From: a virus
Lineage: Duplodnaviria; Caudoviricetes
IMG/VR virus record: IMGVR_UViG_3300032007_000054
Span: 1 to 64,000 of that record
Direction: 5' to 3' (one strand)
Length of the DNA stretch: 64,000 nucleotides
In this document: piece by piece, positions 19,701-28,649 of the stretch
Numbering within the stretch: the first letter of the stretch is position 1
How the letters are laid out: each line of letters starts with the position of its first letter
Made by a program: the position numbers and the translations under genes
The notes under the pieces: model-generated
What the model saw: only the letters and a program-made list of their open reading frames with translations
What the model was told of the DNA's origin: nothing
Database searches by the model: none

Positions 19701-22700
19701 TTGATAATTTAATAAAAGTTGCTACAAAATTAAGAGATGAATTCTTACCGGCAATAAATGATTTCTCATCAACTCATGCTGCAAAAGCCGGGTTAATGGC
19801 AACAATAATGTTAGGAGCTTTTGCTGCTGAAACATTTGGATCATTTACAGCACTTTTAGATAATATTACTGGTAATGGCGCAATCGAAAAAGCTTTAGAT
19901 GGTCTTATTTCTATAGCTAATAAATTAAAGGCAGACTTTATTCCGGCAGTAAAAGATTTTTCAACAACTGATGTTACCAAAGCTGGTTATTTATCTGGAA
20001 TTATGCTTGGAGCATTTAAAGCAGAAACTTTTGGCACTTTTTCAGAATTGGTGTCCAGAGTTCAAAAAGACGGACAAATTGATAAGGTCATTGATGGGCT
20101 TGTTAATATAGCTGGAAAATTAAATCAGGACTTCTTACCTGCAATCAAAGATCTTAGTTATACTCATGTTTCGAGTGCTGGATATTTATCTAAGATCATG
20201 CTTGAAGTCTTAAAATCTGAAGTGTTTACAGCCGCTTCAAGTTTTGTTGGAATTTTTGTTAAAGGCGGAGATCTGGATAATGTTGTTACAGGTCTTTGTG
20301 AAACCACTGAAAACTTAAAAACAAAATTCTTGCCGGTTGTTAAAGATCTTAGTGAAGACGACGTCAAAAAAGCTGGATTTATTCCGAAAATACTTGGATC
20401 TGTGCTGAGTTCTCAGGTATTTACTGGTTTAAGTAAGCTTACAAGTTGGCTTACCGGAGATACGAATTACGTTGAACTTTTTGGCAAATTAACGCAGCCG
20501 GACGGCGTAATTGACGGTATCGAATCTTTTTCAAATGCATTAAAGGGCAGAAAATTTGAGGGTGTTTCAGAAGCGTCTAACGCAATGGCATCTGTATTTA
20601 GTTTGCTTGAAATGCTTGGTAATTCGGTAAATATCAAAGAAGATACACATTGGTATGATAAACTGAATATTTTTAGTGATTCCGTATCATTGTCTTCTGT
20701 TGTTGGATCATTAAATGGCATTACTGAAAAAATCATTCCTTGCATTGTTTCTTTACAGGATGGTATGCGAAATGCTGGCATAGATGCTGAATATATTAAA
20801 AATACAATTGGCGTTTATGTTGAAATGCTTAGATCTATTAGTGAAATTGGACAGGATAATTTTGTTCTTAATGAGATTGATATTGTACAAATTGGCCAAT
20901 TTGTTGTTGATGGTCTTCTTATTGCTTTACAAGACGAAACCAACATTTCTAATGTAAAACAGGCAGCAATTAATCTTGGTATTCAGATTAAAGACGGTTT
21001 AATGTTTTCATTGGATGAAAATTCACCTTCAAAAGTAGCTTATGAAATCGGCGCTTTTGTTGCAGAGGGTCTTACAAATGGTCTTCGTGCCGGCGAAGGT
21101 ATGACTTATTCTATGGCTCAGCGATTTGGTGAAGGGACTGCTAAAGCTCTTGAAGAAGGTCTTGGTGATTTTGATAGCGTTTCTCAGCATGCAATCAACA
21201 TGGTTACAATGGATTTGCTTGATGAGAATCGGTTTGACATGAAGAGCTTTGTCTCCGGGTTTAATCGCTTTGGTAATGAAGAGCTTGACTTTGAAGCAAT
21301 GCGGAAATTCCTTACCGATAATTTTGGCGAAGTCTTTGATCAAAACATGATTGACGGATTTGTCAACTCTTATGAGCAGACAATGAGTAAGCTTAATGAT
21401 ACGATCAATGATAAAGACTATGCTGAACTTATGACTGGCATTGCTGCTGGCGATTTTGGCCTTAGTGAAAATACGATAATTGATGCACTGACAGAAGAAC
21501 TTGGTGATGTTAAAGCTGCACGGCAAGCCTGGGAAGATTATAATGATGTAAAAGAAGGTAACCTGAAAATTAATCAGGAACTTTTTAAACAGCAGAAGCA
21601 GAATCCGCCAATGACTCTTGAGCAGTATATGGATATGATTGCTCATGAGGAGGAAGGTTATCAGCGTGCACTTAAAGGTGAATTTGATGAGCTTGCTCGT
21701 CTTAATAATACTACTCGTGCACAGGAAATGGAAAAGGCCGGGTTTAATGCCGAATTACTCCAGGGCAGGTTGAATGAAGGCGGCTTATCTCAGGAACAGA
21801 TTGAAGCTTATATCAAAGATAAAGCTCTTAAAGATTATGAGGCAGAACAGACCCGTCTTGTTGACGATATTATTCGAAATAATGAGGCTGTTACTGAATC
21901 AACCACAGAAGTAGCTGAAGCTCTTAATTTTGATATTGATGATCCTCTTGGTGAAAAGCTTGCTATTAAAGATGCTGCTGCTTTGAAAGAAGTGGCTGGA
22001 GCAGCTGAAGAAGTTGCTGAAGCACAGCAGTCAGTTGCTGAAACTGCCGAAGCAAAGGCCGAGGCTGTTGAAGCAGAAACGGCAGCAGTAGAAGCTTCTA
22101 ATAATGCCAATAAAGAAGCGGCTAAAGTAAATCGAGATGGAGCAGTATTCAAATCTTTAGATAAGGTAGAACTTGGTCAAGCACTTGAAGCATTTCGTGA
22201 AGGTAAAAAGCTAACTGAAGAGCAGACAAGAATTATTGAAAATGCTCGTCAAGCAACAATCAGTGAAGGGGCATTTGGTGTAGCAATTGGTGAAAAAGGT
22301 TGGGCTGACCAGATGAAAAAATGGGGCCTTACCGAAACCAATGCTAAATATTTGGCACATTTTGCTAATTTCTATGATCCAACAACACAATCTCTTGAAG
22401 AATATGTGAAGTGGGTCGAAAAGTCTGATGAAGTTACCGAAGATCTTACAAAATCTACTGAAAATGCTGGTGAATCTGCTAAAAAGACCGGAACATCTTT
22501 AGCGAACATTGCTGATGATGGAAAGGCAGTTGTTGATATTTTCAAGCATGCCTTTAGTACTGATGCTTATAATGAAAAAACAGGAAGTTTTTCTATTGAT
22601 TTTGAAAAAGCTTACCAGGACTCAATTGCTGATGCTGAAAAAGCAGGTGATGAAACACGTAAGAAATATCTTGAAGCATTCTATTCTGGTTTGGGAGAAG

Positions 22701-25594
22701 AAGGTTTCAATAAAGTTGGCGATAATGGAAAGATCGAACTAAAAGCCGAAGATGTATTTAAACTTGTTGGAACAGAAGGTGGAATTAAAGGATTCGCTGC
22801 TGCAAAAGGTGGTGAGCTTCTTGGCAACTTAATTGGCGATAATATTCCATTCTTAGGAGATATATTCGGCAATACAAAAGAATTTGATTTTACACAGATC
22901 TTTAGCGGCACAGATAGCACGATGAGTTTCTTCAAGGGTCTTGTTGCTTCGGTTACAGGTCTTAATAAAGAACTTGATGAAACTAGTGATAAAAAAGTAG
23001 ATATTGATGTTAATGATTCTAAAGTAGAATCTGCTATTTCCATGGTAGATGAACTAAATAAGAAATATACTCTTGGTGATGACGAAAAGAAATTAGCAGC
23101 ACAAGGCATTAAAGATCTTCAAAATGGTGTAAAAGTTACAGAGAAAAGTGCCGATGCGATCCAGAAACTCTGGAATGGTGCCATGATTGGTATGTATAAA
23201 TCTGGAGAAGAACGCATCACAGCTATTAAGCAGCTCCTTAATCTTGATAATTTTGATTGGGAAACACTTAGCAGCCTTTTGGATGAAAACGGTCATTTTG
23301 ATATTACAAAACAAACGAGCTCAGCTCTTGATCAGGCTAATAAAGTCATTCAGATGGCAACAAATGGTGAGGCATATTCTACTGCAGATCTTATGAATGA
23401 CATTTATGCTGGTAAGTGGGGATATGATACCGATCGATTGAAAGCTTTAGAGAAAGCCGGATATGATGCCCAAAAAGTTCAGGAGAATTTCTTAAAGTGG
23501 TATAACGGAGATAAAACTATTGAAAATCTTGGTGATGATTATTTTAAAGTCTCCGAATCCGAAAAAGAAGCTGCTGAACAAGCCGAAAAGATGAATGCTG
23601 TCCTGAATCAGACTCCGGAAGGTGCATTCCGATCTGTTGCTGATTTCCTAGATGGTGTAAATAAAGCAGTAGAAAATGAAGGAACTGCTAGTGCATTTAA
23701 GAAGTTGATGACCGACATTGCTGACTCTATGAAGTCTCTGTCACTTTCAGATGCTTCAAATTTTGAGAAAGTTTCCGGTTTCTTAACTGCTGTCAGGACT
23801 TCTGCGAAAGAATCTTCCGTTATTGCTCAGGACTTCAAAGCTTTTGTTGATGGAATTAAAGATTCTATCATAAAGCTTGGTGATATCGACATCAAGAATC
23901 CGGAAGGTATGGAGAAGGTCAAAGACTTTCTCAATAACATCAAGATTGAAAACAAAGATACTCTTGAAGCTGTTTCTTCTTTTATTGGTAATATTGTAGA
24001 ATTTGCTACCGGTGCGAATGCAGGTGGAAATTATTCGACAAAGCTTACTGAGTCTATTGATGCTTTGATGACATCCATTAATGGTATTGAACTAAATAAA
24101 GAAGCTATAACCCCGGTTGTTAAATTCTTGCATGAACTGACAAATTCTGCTGGCATTCTTGAAAAGTCTGACAGTGGTGTTGTACAGACATTTATTTCCA
24201 ACATTTATACTGCACTTGAGAACAGTTCAGATAAAGCCGCACAAGCAGCTGATGTAATTGCGCAGGTTATTGTTGATACACTTGCTGGTTATTATTCGCA
24301 GCTCAATACAATAGGCCACAACTTTGTATGGTGGCTTGCAAGGGGTATTCTCAAATCAAAGAATTTGGCGCAGTCTGCCGGTGAAAGTATTGCTGGCGCT
24401 TTAATGAATTCATTAAAGGATTATGCTGTTTCTAAATCTCAAAAGTCTGGTATGGATTTTGTTTCAAATTTTGTTGCCGGTATAAATACACCCGGATCAC
24501 AGAAATTACTTCAGGATACGATTGATAATTTATTCAATCCAAAAGTAGAACCTAAATCTGCGGAAGAAACTTTCAAAGAAGGATCTAACCCACTTAAAGA
24601 TAAATTGTATGAAGAGCTAAAGGGTGATGAAGAATCGGCCGGAACAACCAGAGATACAAGTGCATCTGCTGGTACAAAGTTTGGTCAGCAGTTTGTTCAG
24701 GATATGTCCGCTGCTATTGAACAGGGGACTGGAACTGTTGGAGAAACATTAACCACTCTTGGTGCTACATTATCGACAACAGTAAGTATTGATACTGAAG
24801 GTATTTCTGATAAAGCATCAGAATATTTTAAAAATCTTGCTTCTGGTTTATTAGCAGGTTATGAAGCTAATTCTAAAGATTTAAATGAAGTTTCTGGTAA
24901 AGTACGGCGTGTTTTTACAAGAATGGTCCCTGATGGTTACAGTATGGGATATAACTTTATGATAAATCTTAGAAAAGGGATGCAAGATGGTGCTGCTGCA
25001 GCCGGTTTTGGTGGTGTTGGTAATTATGTGGCGCAAGGAACAGCGGATGGCATTGTTGAGGGAACAAAATCCGTTGTTGAAGCTACTAATAATCTAACAG
25101 AAAAGACTAATGAAGCTGCTCAATTAGGATTTGGTGAAGCTTCGCCTTCAAAAATCTTTTATGGCTTTGGTAGATATCTTGATGAAGGTCTTGCTAACGG
25201 TATTAGGGATTATACAAATCTTGCTGCAAATCAATCTGATGGAATGGCTGAAGTAGTAACAGGAGTATTTTCTGATGCTATTTCCGCAATTGCTGATGAT
25301 CTTGATACAAATATGAATCTCGATCCTGTTATTCGTCCTGTCATTGACATGTCAGATGTTTACGATTCTGCAAATACTATTGACGCCATGCTTAGTTCTG
25401 ACAAAGCTATTGATATTTCTGCTGCTGAAAATGCAAAAACTCTACAATCAACTGATGATATGTCAGAAGTAACACCTGGAACTCAGGTATTTAATCAATA
25501 TAATTATTCACCTAAAGCTTTGTCACGTCTTGATATTTATCGTCAGACAAAGAATCAATTCGCAATGATAAAAGGAGTTAATCAATTAGTATGA
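13796..25594 (+). CDS. Tape measure protein (3932 aa)
   Basis: Very long helical ORF before Dit; N-terminal tape-measure domain, hydrophobic core, internal repeats, SPSK motifs. Confidence 0.92.
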   Translation: MSDGLLDERVVEMRFDNADFERNVNQSIKTIDKLKESLDFENAGESFENISAAAAKCDMKPLEDSLEGITVKFNMLEMVAANVLGNITSKIVDAGAKMAKSLTVDQLTAGWAKYDQKTAAVQTIISATSESIDVVNQKLEKLIWFADETSYDFVDMVNNIGKFTSAGVDLDTAVDSMMGISNWAAASGAGIQQASRAMYNLSQAIGMGYVGLTDWRSIELANMATKEFKETVIETALEMGTLQQTADGTVKTLNGKFEVTAENMRNSLKEQWFSTDVLNSALKKYNEFANLVHDRQEQWAEEHDGAYLTVSRTIQLLESEGVAMDTLGAKAFMRAQEATKFSEAVAATADAVSSGWMRTFEIIFGNYEQAKKLWTDLANDMYDVFASGGERRNDMLSDIMQSNYQKMLNEMPDGNEMNDRLYDKLYEMTKNNLGVDAADQLFSAYTSLEDLLKDNADYIYNSSLEDAFKQVAVDFDKEADAALKLSKQLKAGTVSLKQTVLRLVGGQFGNEIETQKKEVEKLGYNYEMLSELAEEYKAGLEIPWDQYQSDFVEYLDEQYSSYKTFVKKITELLPEEGFFGSLTEFGGRDKLIGGFQNLIDTFKNLYLTIVEIGNGISDLTGSGSFLEKLINGFSFFTNVLNYSDEAFEGVQEGIYNFFHGGLQTKWNRFWHGYDVKDVLENNKAAFSGFWGDIEKAHVPGMLDHIFSIYKDHLAVLPANVSKTIEKVRVELSTFFGSIPQKINEIKEKIFGKFEIHEVQSLFSNNVDTVITHTGGLLNDLKDKIRSLGNGLGGKIFDGLLNTIKKVADFMFGYQKEDGTPIEGAFVRIYDKATAFWERLKDIGKKLNDIFSPVKDFFFGIKDAEGKIIKNNIFGKFGTAVRILVDSPAYKSIHDFLFGRKNEKGETEKKNIFGKIGTAIDLIAKSSAYQSIHDFIFGKKGENGSDDIPNLFGKISGLIIQITESSAYKSIHDFVFGGGQENEPNIFYKIKYAVRDIFDSPAFQAIHDFIFGKKTTDSGMKNAAGGIFSTKEQLEQLNLFERIRAILYDIKTLLFGYDKETLSMDTLEETVVHVDGKLTPIIQKIKDITKAVINAVNNFRRWLGLDWEKTDDGFKRIPGAIDSIKAKYDAFVSSEAFQTVKRFIFGEKDSEGNAIQNNIFGKLGIAIGTLKEQAKNLPDTFLTFFLGPVNEEGKRTENLFKRLPGYIQKAKTGIMDFFLGQKKYAGRIWNNETGQWEDRYIREGNLIDRLKEKFEQLKADHPWFASFCSYIETKIRDIKKIFADANGSVTTALENLRKYLFGYDVDKKGGLFNLSDQTEHIQGLFGRLKESISSVFSGNKKEGNNFIETILDFFTNKKINNLNVNIGSKESPIVSAIKSIILTIASLKLLLFGSNLSGLLASLKRHLDISDFIDTLGEFATSIALIAGTLIVLTGFVKILKGNYESLKIAGWLILGIMGALVLFVNLISDIEIEKKDGTKFEKSVSPWVVTLMTTLGIIIAEIAAIMAIMMLVVKIAGPEVVQEAANIITGIFIALAVLVAAISYVPKDSDAKKMATKSTALFGIAAILLAMTPLLLSMAAVFVSLSVLRHFDTNWEAELWVLGGMLGFITAFIVLLQVLPNKGVNLSLLGGLALIAIMIKELGAIITSFSLLAKLSGSYSYIIAAAASIGGLLVVIGLLAAGLSAIKPINGSVIASIVAIAVVIAAIGGAISLMISVSKDLENMDLLLSILQGMTTLLLGITASLVILSGIKKIDWKAFGYLGMMIVAVGLLGGLVVALSWLGKQAGLENSYTAILPMLAGIVEIAGTMIIVAAAIYAMGAIGKAIAPMVGEAILMILGVVGVVGVLAAIPQIIDHFAGEGTVLESIEYLVQIIETLAGGLGKAIGAFIGGIGSGLVDSFTGVVDSLVKVANKIKDEFLPAISEFTLEDAAQAGMMATIMLGAFTAEALGALTVLIDALVPNGAIESTLDNLIKVATKLRDEFLPAINDFSSTHAAKAGLMATIMLGAFAAETFGSFTALLDNITGNGAIEKALDGLISIANKLKADFIPAVKDFSTTDVTKAGYLSGIMLGAFKAETFGTFSELVSRVQKDGQIDKVIDGLVNIAGKLNQDFLPAIKDLSYTHVSSAGYLSKIMLEVLKSEVFTAASSFVGIFVKGGDLDNVVTGLCETTENLKTKFLPVVKDLSEDDVKKAGFIPKILGSVLSSQVFTGLSKLTSWLTGDTNYVELFGKLTQPDGVIDGIESFSNALKGRKFEGVSEASNAMASVFSLLEMLGNSVNIKEDTHWYDKLNIFSDSVSLSSVVGSLNGITEKIIPCIVSLQDGMRNAGIDAEYIKNTIGVYVEMLRSISEIGQDNFVLNEIDIVQIGQFVVDGLLIALQDETNISNVKQAAINLGIQIKDGLMFSLDENSPSKVAYEIGAFVAEGLTNGLRAGEGMTYSMAQRFGEGTAKALEEGLGDFDSVSQHAINMVTMDLLDENRFDMKSFVSGFNRFGNEELDFEAMRKFLTDNFGEVFDQNMIDGFVNSYEQTMSKLNDTINDKDYAELMTGIAAGDFGLSENTIIDALTEELGDVKAARQAWEDYNDVKEGNLKINQELFKQQKQNPPMTLEQYMDMIAHEEEGYQRALKGEFDELARLNNTTRAQEMEKAGFNAELLQGRLNEGGLSQEQIEAYIKDKALKDYEAEQTRLVDDIIRNNEAVTESTTEVAEALNFDIDDPLGEKLAIKDAAALKEVAGAAEEVAEAQQSVAETAEAKAEAVEAETAAVEASNNANKEAAKVNRDGAVFKSLDKVELGQALEAFREGKKLTEEQTRIIENARQATISEGAFGVAIGEKGWADQMKKWGLTETNAKYLAHFANFYDPTTQSLEEYVKWVEKSDEVTEDLTKSTENAGESAKKTGTSLANIADDGKAVVDIFKHAFSTDAYNEKTGSFSIDFEKAYQDSIADAEKAGDETRKKYLEAFYSGLGEEGFNKVGDNGKIELKAEDVFKLVGTEGGIKGFAAAKGGELLGNLIGDNIPFLGDIFGNTKEFDFTQIFSGTDSTMSFFKGLVASVTGLNKELDETSDKKVDIDVNDSKVESAISMVDELNKKYTLGDDEKKLAAQGIKDLQNGVKVTEKSADAIQKLWNGAMIGMYKSGEERITAIKQLLNLDNFDWETLSSLLDENGHFDITKQTSSALDQANKVIQMATNGEAYSTADLMNDIYAGKWGYDTDRLKALEKAGYDAQKVQENFLKWYNGDKTIENLGDDYFKVSESEKEAAEQAEKMNAVLNQTPEGAFRSVADFLDGVNKAVENEGTASAFKKLMTDIADSMKSLSLSDASNFEKVSGFLTAVRTSAKESSVIAQDFKAFVDGIKDSIIKLGDIDIKNPEGMEKVKDFLNNIKIENKDTLEAVSSFIGNIVEFATGANAGGNYSTKLTESIDALMTSINGIELNKEAITPVVKFLHELTNSAGILEKSDSGVVQTFISNIYTALENSSDKAAQAADVIAQVIVDTLAGYYSQLNTIGHNFVWWLARGILKSKNLAQSAGESIAGALMNSLKDYAVSKSQKSGMDFVSNFVAGINTPGSQKLLQDTIDNLFNPKVEPKSAEETFKEGSNPLKDKLYEELKGDEESAGTTRDTSASAGTKFGQQFVQDMSAAIEQGTGTVGETLTTLGATLSTTVSIDTEGISDKASEYFKNLASGLLAGYEANSKDLNEVSGKVRRVFTRMVPDGYSMGYNFMINLRKGMQDGAAAAGFGGVGNYVAQGTADGIVEGTKSVVEATNNLTEKTNEAAQLGFGEASPSKIFYGFGRYLDEGLANGIRDYTNLAANQSDGMAEVVTGVFSDAISAIADDLDTNMNLDPVIRPVIDMSDVYDSANTIDAMLSSDKAIDISAAENAKTLQSTDDMSEVTPGTQVFNQYNYSPKALSRLDIYRQTKNQFAMIKGVNQLV

Positions 25595-26499
25595 TCAAAT
25601 CATTTAAAATTGTGAATAATTTAGGTGAAAGCCTAGAACTAGATATAAGGAAGCCGGAAGTCTCTGGCTTCCTTGTTGTTTCTGTAACTGGACTGACTTA
25701 TCCAAATGCTGAAATTTCATCATCTGAGATCGCATTGTTTGATGGAGCGATTCTTGGTAACAGAAGAATTGGTCAGCGTAATATTGTAATGACGTTGACA
25801 TTTTACAGAGAAAATACTCAAAAAATGTCAATTGAAGAGCTCCGTCATAAATGTTATCGGTTCTTTCCGATAAAGCAGGAAATTATTTTCTATGTAACAA
25901 ATAATTCAGGGACATATAAGATTACTGGATATATTGAGGCAAATGAAACTGACATCTTTACAAAAGAAGAAGGGGCTCAGATCTCGATCCTTTGTCCCGA
26001 TCCGTATTTTGTTAAAGAGAATGTTGATGTTAAAAGTTTGATTTCAAAGATTGTTCCGAATTTTAGTTTTCCTTGCAGCTTTGAATTTGAAGGTGAACCG
26101 GTTCCTGGATATCCGTATAAATATGATGGGCCATTTGTTTTTATTCCAGACAGTACTGCAAAACTTATATCTTTAAAAGATGGATATAGTTATGGCGATA
26201 TTATTATTGCTAAATATATAGTGGAATATGAAACAAATACTGGTGGAGGAAATACTGCAACAATAAAAGGTGATGACTCTATTCAGGATTATGTTCCTTC
26301 AGAACCAGATAAGATTACGTTTAATCTTTATGAAGGAAGTACTGATGTTACACCGACATCTTCTGATATAACACTTCAAACCAGATTGAAGTATTTTAAT
26401 GATGATATAACGATTGAACCTATTCCAGTAACAAGAATTAAACATACAGTAGATGGACGATTAGATAATTATACGATTGCTTTTGGCCATCAATCATAA
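25591..26499 (+). CDS. Distal tail protein, N-terminal part with extension
   Basis: Immediately after TMP; Dit-like start ...ISILCPDPYF. Confidence 0.7.
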   Translation: MIKSFKIVNNLGESLELDIRKPEVSGFLVVSVTGLTYPNAEISSSEIALFDGAILGNRRIGQRNIVMTLTFYRENTQKMSIEELRHKCYRFFPIKQEIIFYVTNNSGTYKITGYIEANETDIFTKEEGAQISILCPDPYFVKENVDVKSLISKIVPNFSFPCSFEFEGEPVPGYPYKYDGPFVFIPDSTAKLISLKDGYSYGDIIIAKYIVEYETNTGGGNTATIKGDDSIQDYVPSEPDKITFNLYEGSTDVTPTSSDITLQTRLKYFNDDITIEPIPVTRIKHTVDGRLDNYTIAFGHQS

Positions 26500-26530
26500 T
26501 ACTTTGGCATAAGAGAAGGAGCATTGAATT

Positions 26531-26959
26531 ATGGAACGAACACAATTAACAGTCCAGTTCGGGACCATTAAGGATTATCCTGAAGCTACAATTAATTATG
26601 CCGGAGATGGCGAGAGCGGTGTAATTATAACATTTGAGTTTTTAGGAGCAACAACCGGTATTCGCATTAATAATACTACTCGTGGCGAATATATGATTTT
26701 AAATGATAGTAAGATTGAAGCTATTGTCGGATCTCCTATTGCTCAATATGATTTGATTCGTATCGATACTACTCGTGGGAGCAAGTCAGCAACACTTTCA
26801 AGAGGTGGAATAGTTTATAACATTTTGCATGCAGTTGATCTTTCTTCAAAATGGATTTATCTTCAGACCGGAGCTAATCATTTTACTTATACTGCAACAT
26901 CTGGATTTGACTATATGTTAGTTAATCTTGAATGCCCAATTAAAGTTTTGGGGGTTTAA
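26531..26959 (+). CDS. Distal tail protein, C-terminal-like part
   Basis: INYAGD...W.YLQ.G.N.F.Y pattern resembles Dit C-termini; own AGAAGGAG RBS. Confidence 0.6.
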   Translation: MERTQLTVQFGTIKDYPEATINYAGDGESGVIITFEFLGATTGIRINNTTRGEYMILNDSKIEAIVGSPIAQYDLIRIDTTRGSKSATLSRGGIVYNILHAVDLSSKWIYLQTGANHFTYTATSGFDYMLVNLECPIKVLGV

Positions 26960-28048
26960 ATGGCTAATGAGTTAAATCTTTATATCTATAACACCTCTTT
27001 TAATCTTATTGCAATTGTTGAACAATATGAAGCTTTAATCTGGACAGATCGTTATGATGAATGCGGAGATTTTGAGCTTACAATTCCTTTCGAAGAGAAA
27101 TGGGTCTCAATTTTACAAAAAGACTATTATTGTCATATCGATTACTCTGACAAATGGTGTATTATAGAAAAAATTGAAGAAACAAAAGATGAGGACAGCC
27201 CGCCGCGAATGATCGTGAGCGGGCGTTCTTTTGAATCTATTCTTGAACGTCGAATTGTTCCAGGAAAAGTTGAATTTGGTACAGAAACAACTTCCGGGTA
27301 TAACGTAAATGTTCAAACAAGTATTCAGTCGCTTATAAACAGCCATATAATAAATCCTTCAGACGCAAACCGTAAAATAAATAATTTTATATTTCAATCT
27401 AGTACTGATACGAATGTTACAAGTAAGACTTTTCATGAATCTTACAATGGTAATAGTATTTTAGATATTGTTGAAGGTGTTTGTAAGGATAAACATATAG
27501 GTTTTAAAGTAATTTTAAACAGTTCTAATCAGTTTGTATTCAGTCTGTTTTGTGGTGTGGATCGAACAATGAATCAAAGTACGAATTCCTATGTGATATT
27601 TTCAACGTATTTTGATAATTTGAAATCGAGTAACTATTTTAGTTCAAAAGAAGAATACCGAAATTTTATTTATGTTTCGAAGGACGAAAGCCAGTTCGTA
27701 ACAACTTATAATACAAGTTCTACACCTACAGGATTGACTCGCCGTGAAGTTCAAATCGATGCTTCAGAATTGAATGACAATAAAAAAGATAATATGACAA
27801 ATGCTCAAATTCAGGAAAAAGCAAAAAAGAAACTGAATGAAGAGTTTAAGATCAAAACTGGTATTGAAGGTGAGATTGTAACTGAAAAAATGTATAAATA
27901 TCGTACACATTATAATGTCGGCGATCGAGTTCAATTTAAAGATATGTATGGAAATTCGGAAGCAGTTTATATTTCCGAAGTTGTGATTAGTTTTGATGAA
28001 AACGGTCTGACGATTCTCCCGACTTTCCAGGAAATCGATTGGACATAA
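26960..28048 (+). CDS. Tail hub / Tal-like protein (ReqiPepy6 gp37-like)
   Basis: LIWTDRY.ECGDFEL start; ends Y..HYNVGD.V...ILPTF. Confidence 0.75.
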   Translation: MANELNLYIYNTSFNLIAIVEQYEALIWTDRYDECGDFELTIPFEEKWVSILQKDYYCHIDYSDKWCIIEKIEETKDEDSPPRMIVSGRSFESILERRIVPGKVEFGTETTSGYNVNVQTSIQSLINSHIINPSDANRKINNFIFQSSTDTNVTSKTFHESYNGNSILDIVEGVCKDKHIGFKVILNSSNQFVFSLFCGVDRTMNQSTNSYVIFSTYFDNLKSSNYFSSKEEYRNFIYVSKDESQFVTTYNTSSTPTGLTRREVQIDASELNDNKKDNMTNAQIQEKAKKKLNEEFKIKTGIEGEIVTEKMYKYRTHYNVGDRVQFKDMYGNSEAVYISEVVISFDENGLTILPTFQEIDWT

Positions 28049-28058
28049 AGGAGGATAA

Positions 28059-28640
28059 ATGAGTGTAACTTATGGATTTTATGACTCATATAATGGAGAC
28101 CGTGTTTATAATGCAGAACAGTTTTCAAGTTTTTATGATGGGCTGATCAACGATGGTGTCTATTATTCAGTAGGTCAAAGGTTTCATGTTTCAATAAGCA
28201 GCGGTATGGATATTTTTGTTGATACCGGTCGTGCATGGTTTGATCATACCTGGACGTTTAATAATCAAAAACTTTTGCTTACAGTTTCAACTGCCGATAC
28301 AGTTTATAACAGAATTGATGCTGTTGTAATCGAAGTGAATAAGACTTCTCGTGAGAATACAATCAAGATTATTCAGGGTACTCCGCAAGAAACTCCAGTA
28401 CGTCCTACATTGACAAAAACAGATTATGTAAAACAGTATGCTCTTGCTTACATTACTGTTCAGGCAAATACTTCATCAATTGCACCTGAAAATATAGCAA
28501 ATGTTGTTGGAGAAGTAGAAACACCAATGGTTAGTATGCTGAATATTTCCGGTCTTCCTCCGATGCAGTGGAGTACAACGGATATTGTGTCTGGGCAGAC
28601 TCCACTTTATACAGGAACACTTTATTTGGTTTATGAATAA
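28059..28640 (+). CDS. Baseplate/minor tail protein
   Basis: YGFYDS.NGDRVYNAEQFS...RIDAVV pattern. Confidence 0.7.
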   Translation: MSVTYGFYDSYNGDRVYNAEQFSSFYDGLINDGVYYSVGQRFHVSISSGMDIFVDTGRAWFDHTWTFNNQKLLLTVSTADTVYNRIDAVVIEVNKTSRENTIKIIQGTPQETPVRPTLTKTDYVKQYALAYITVQANTSSIAPENIANVVGEVETPMVSMLNISGLPPMQWSTTDIVSGQTPLYTGTLYLVYE

Positions 28641-28649
28641 GAGGTAATT

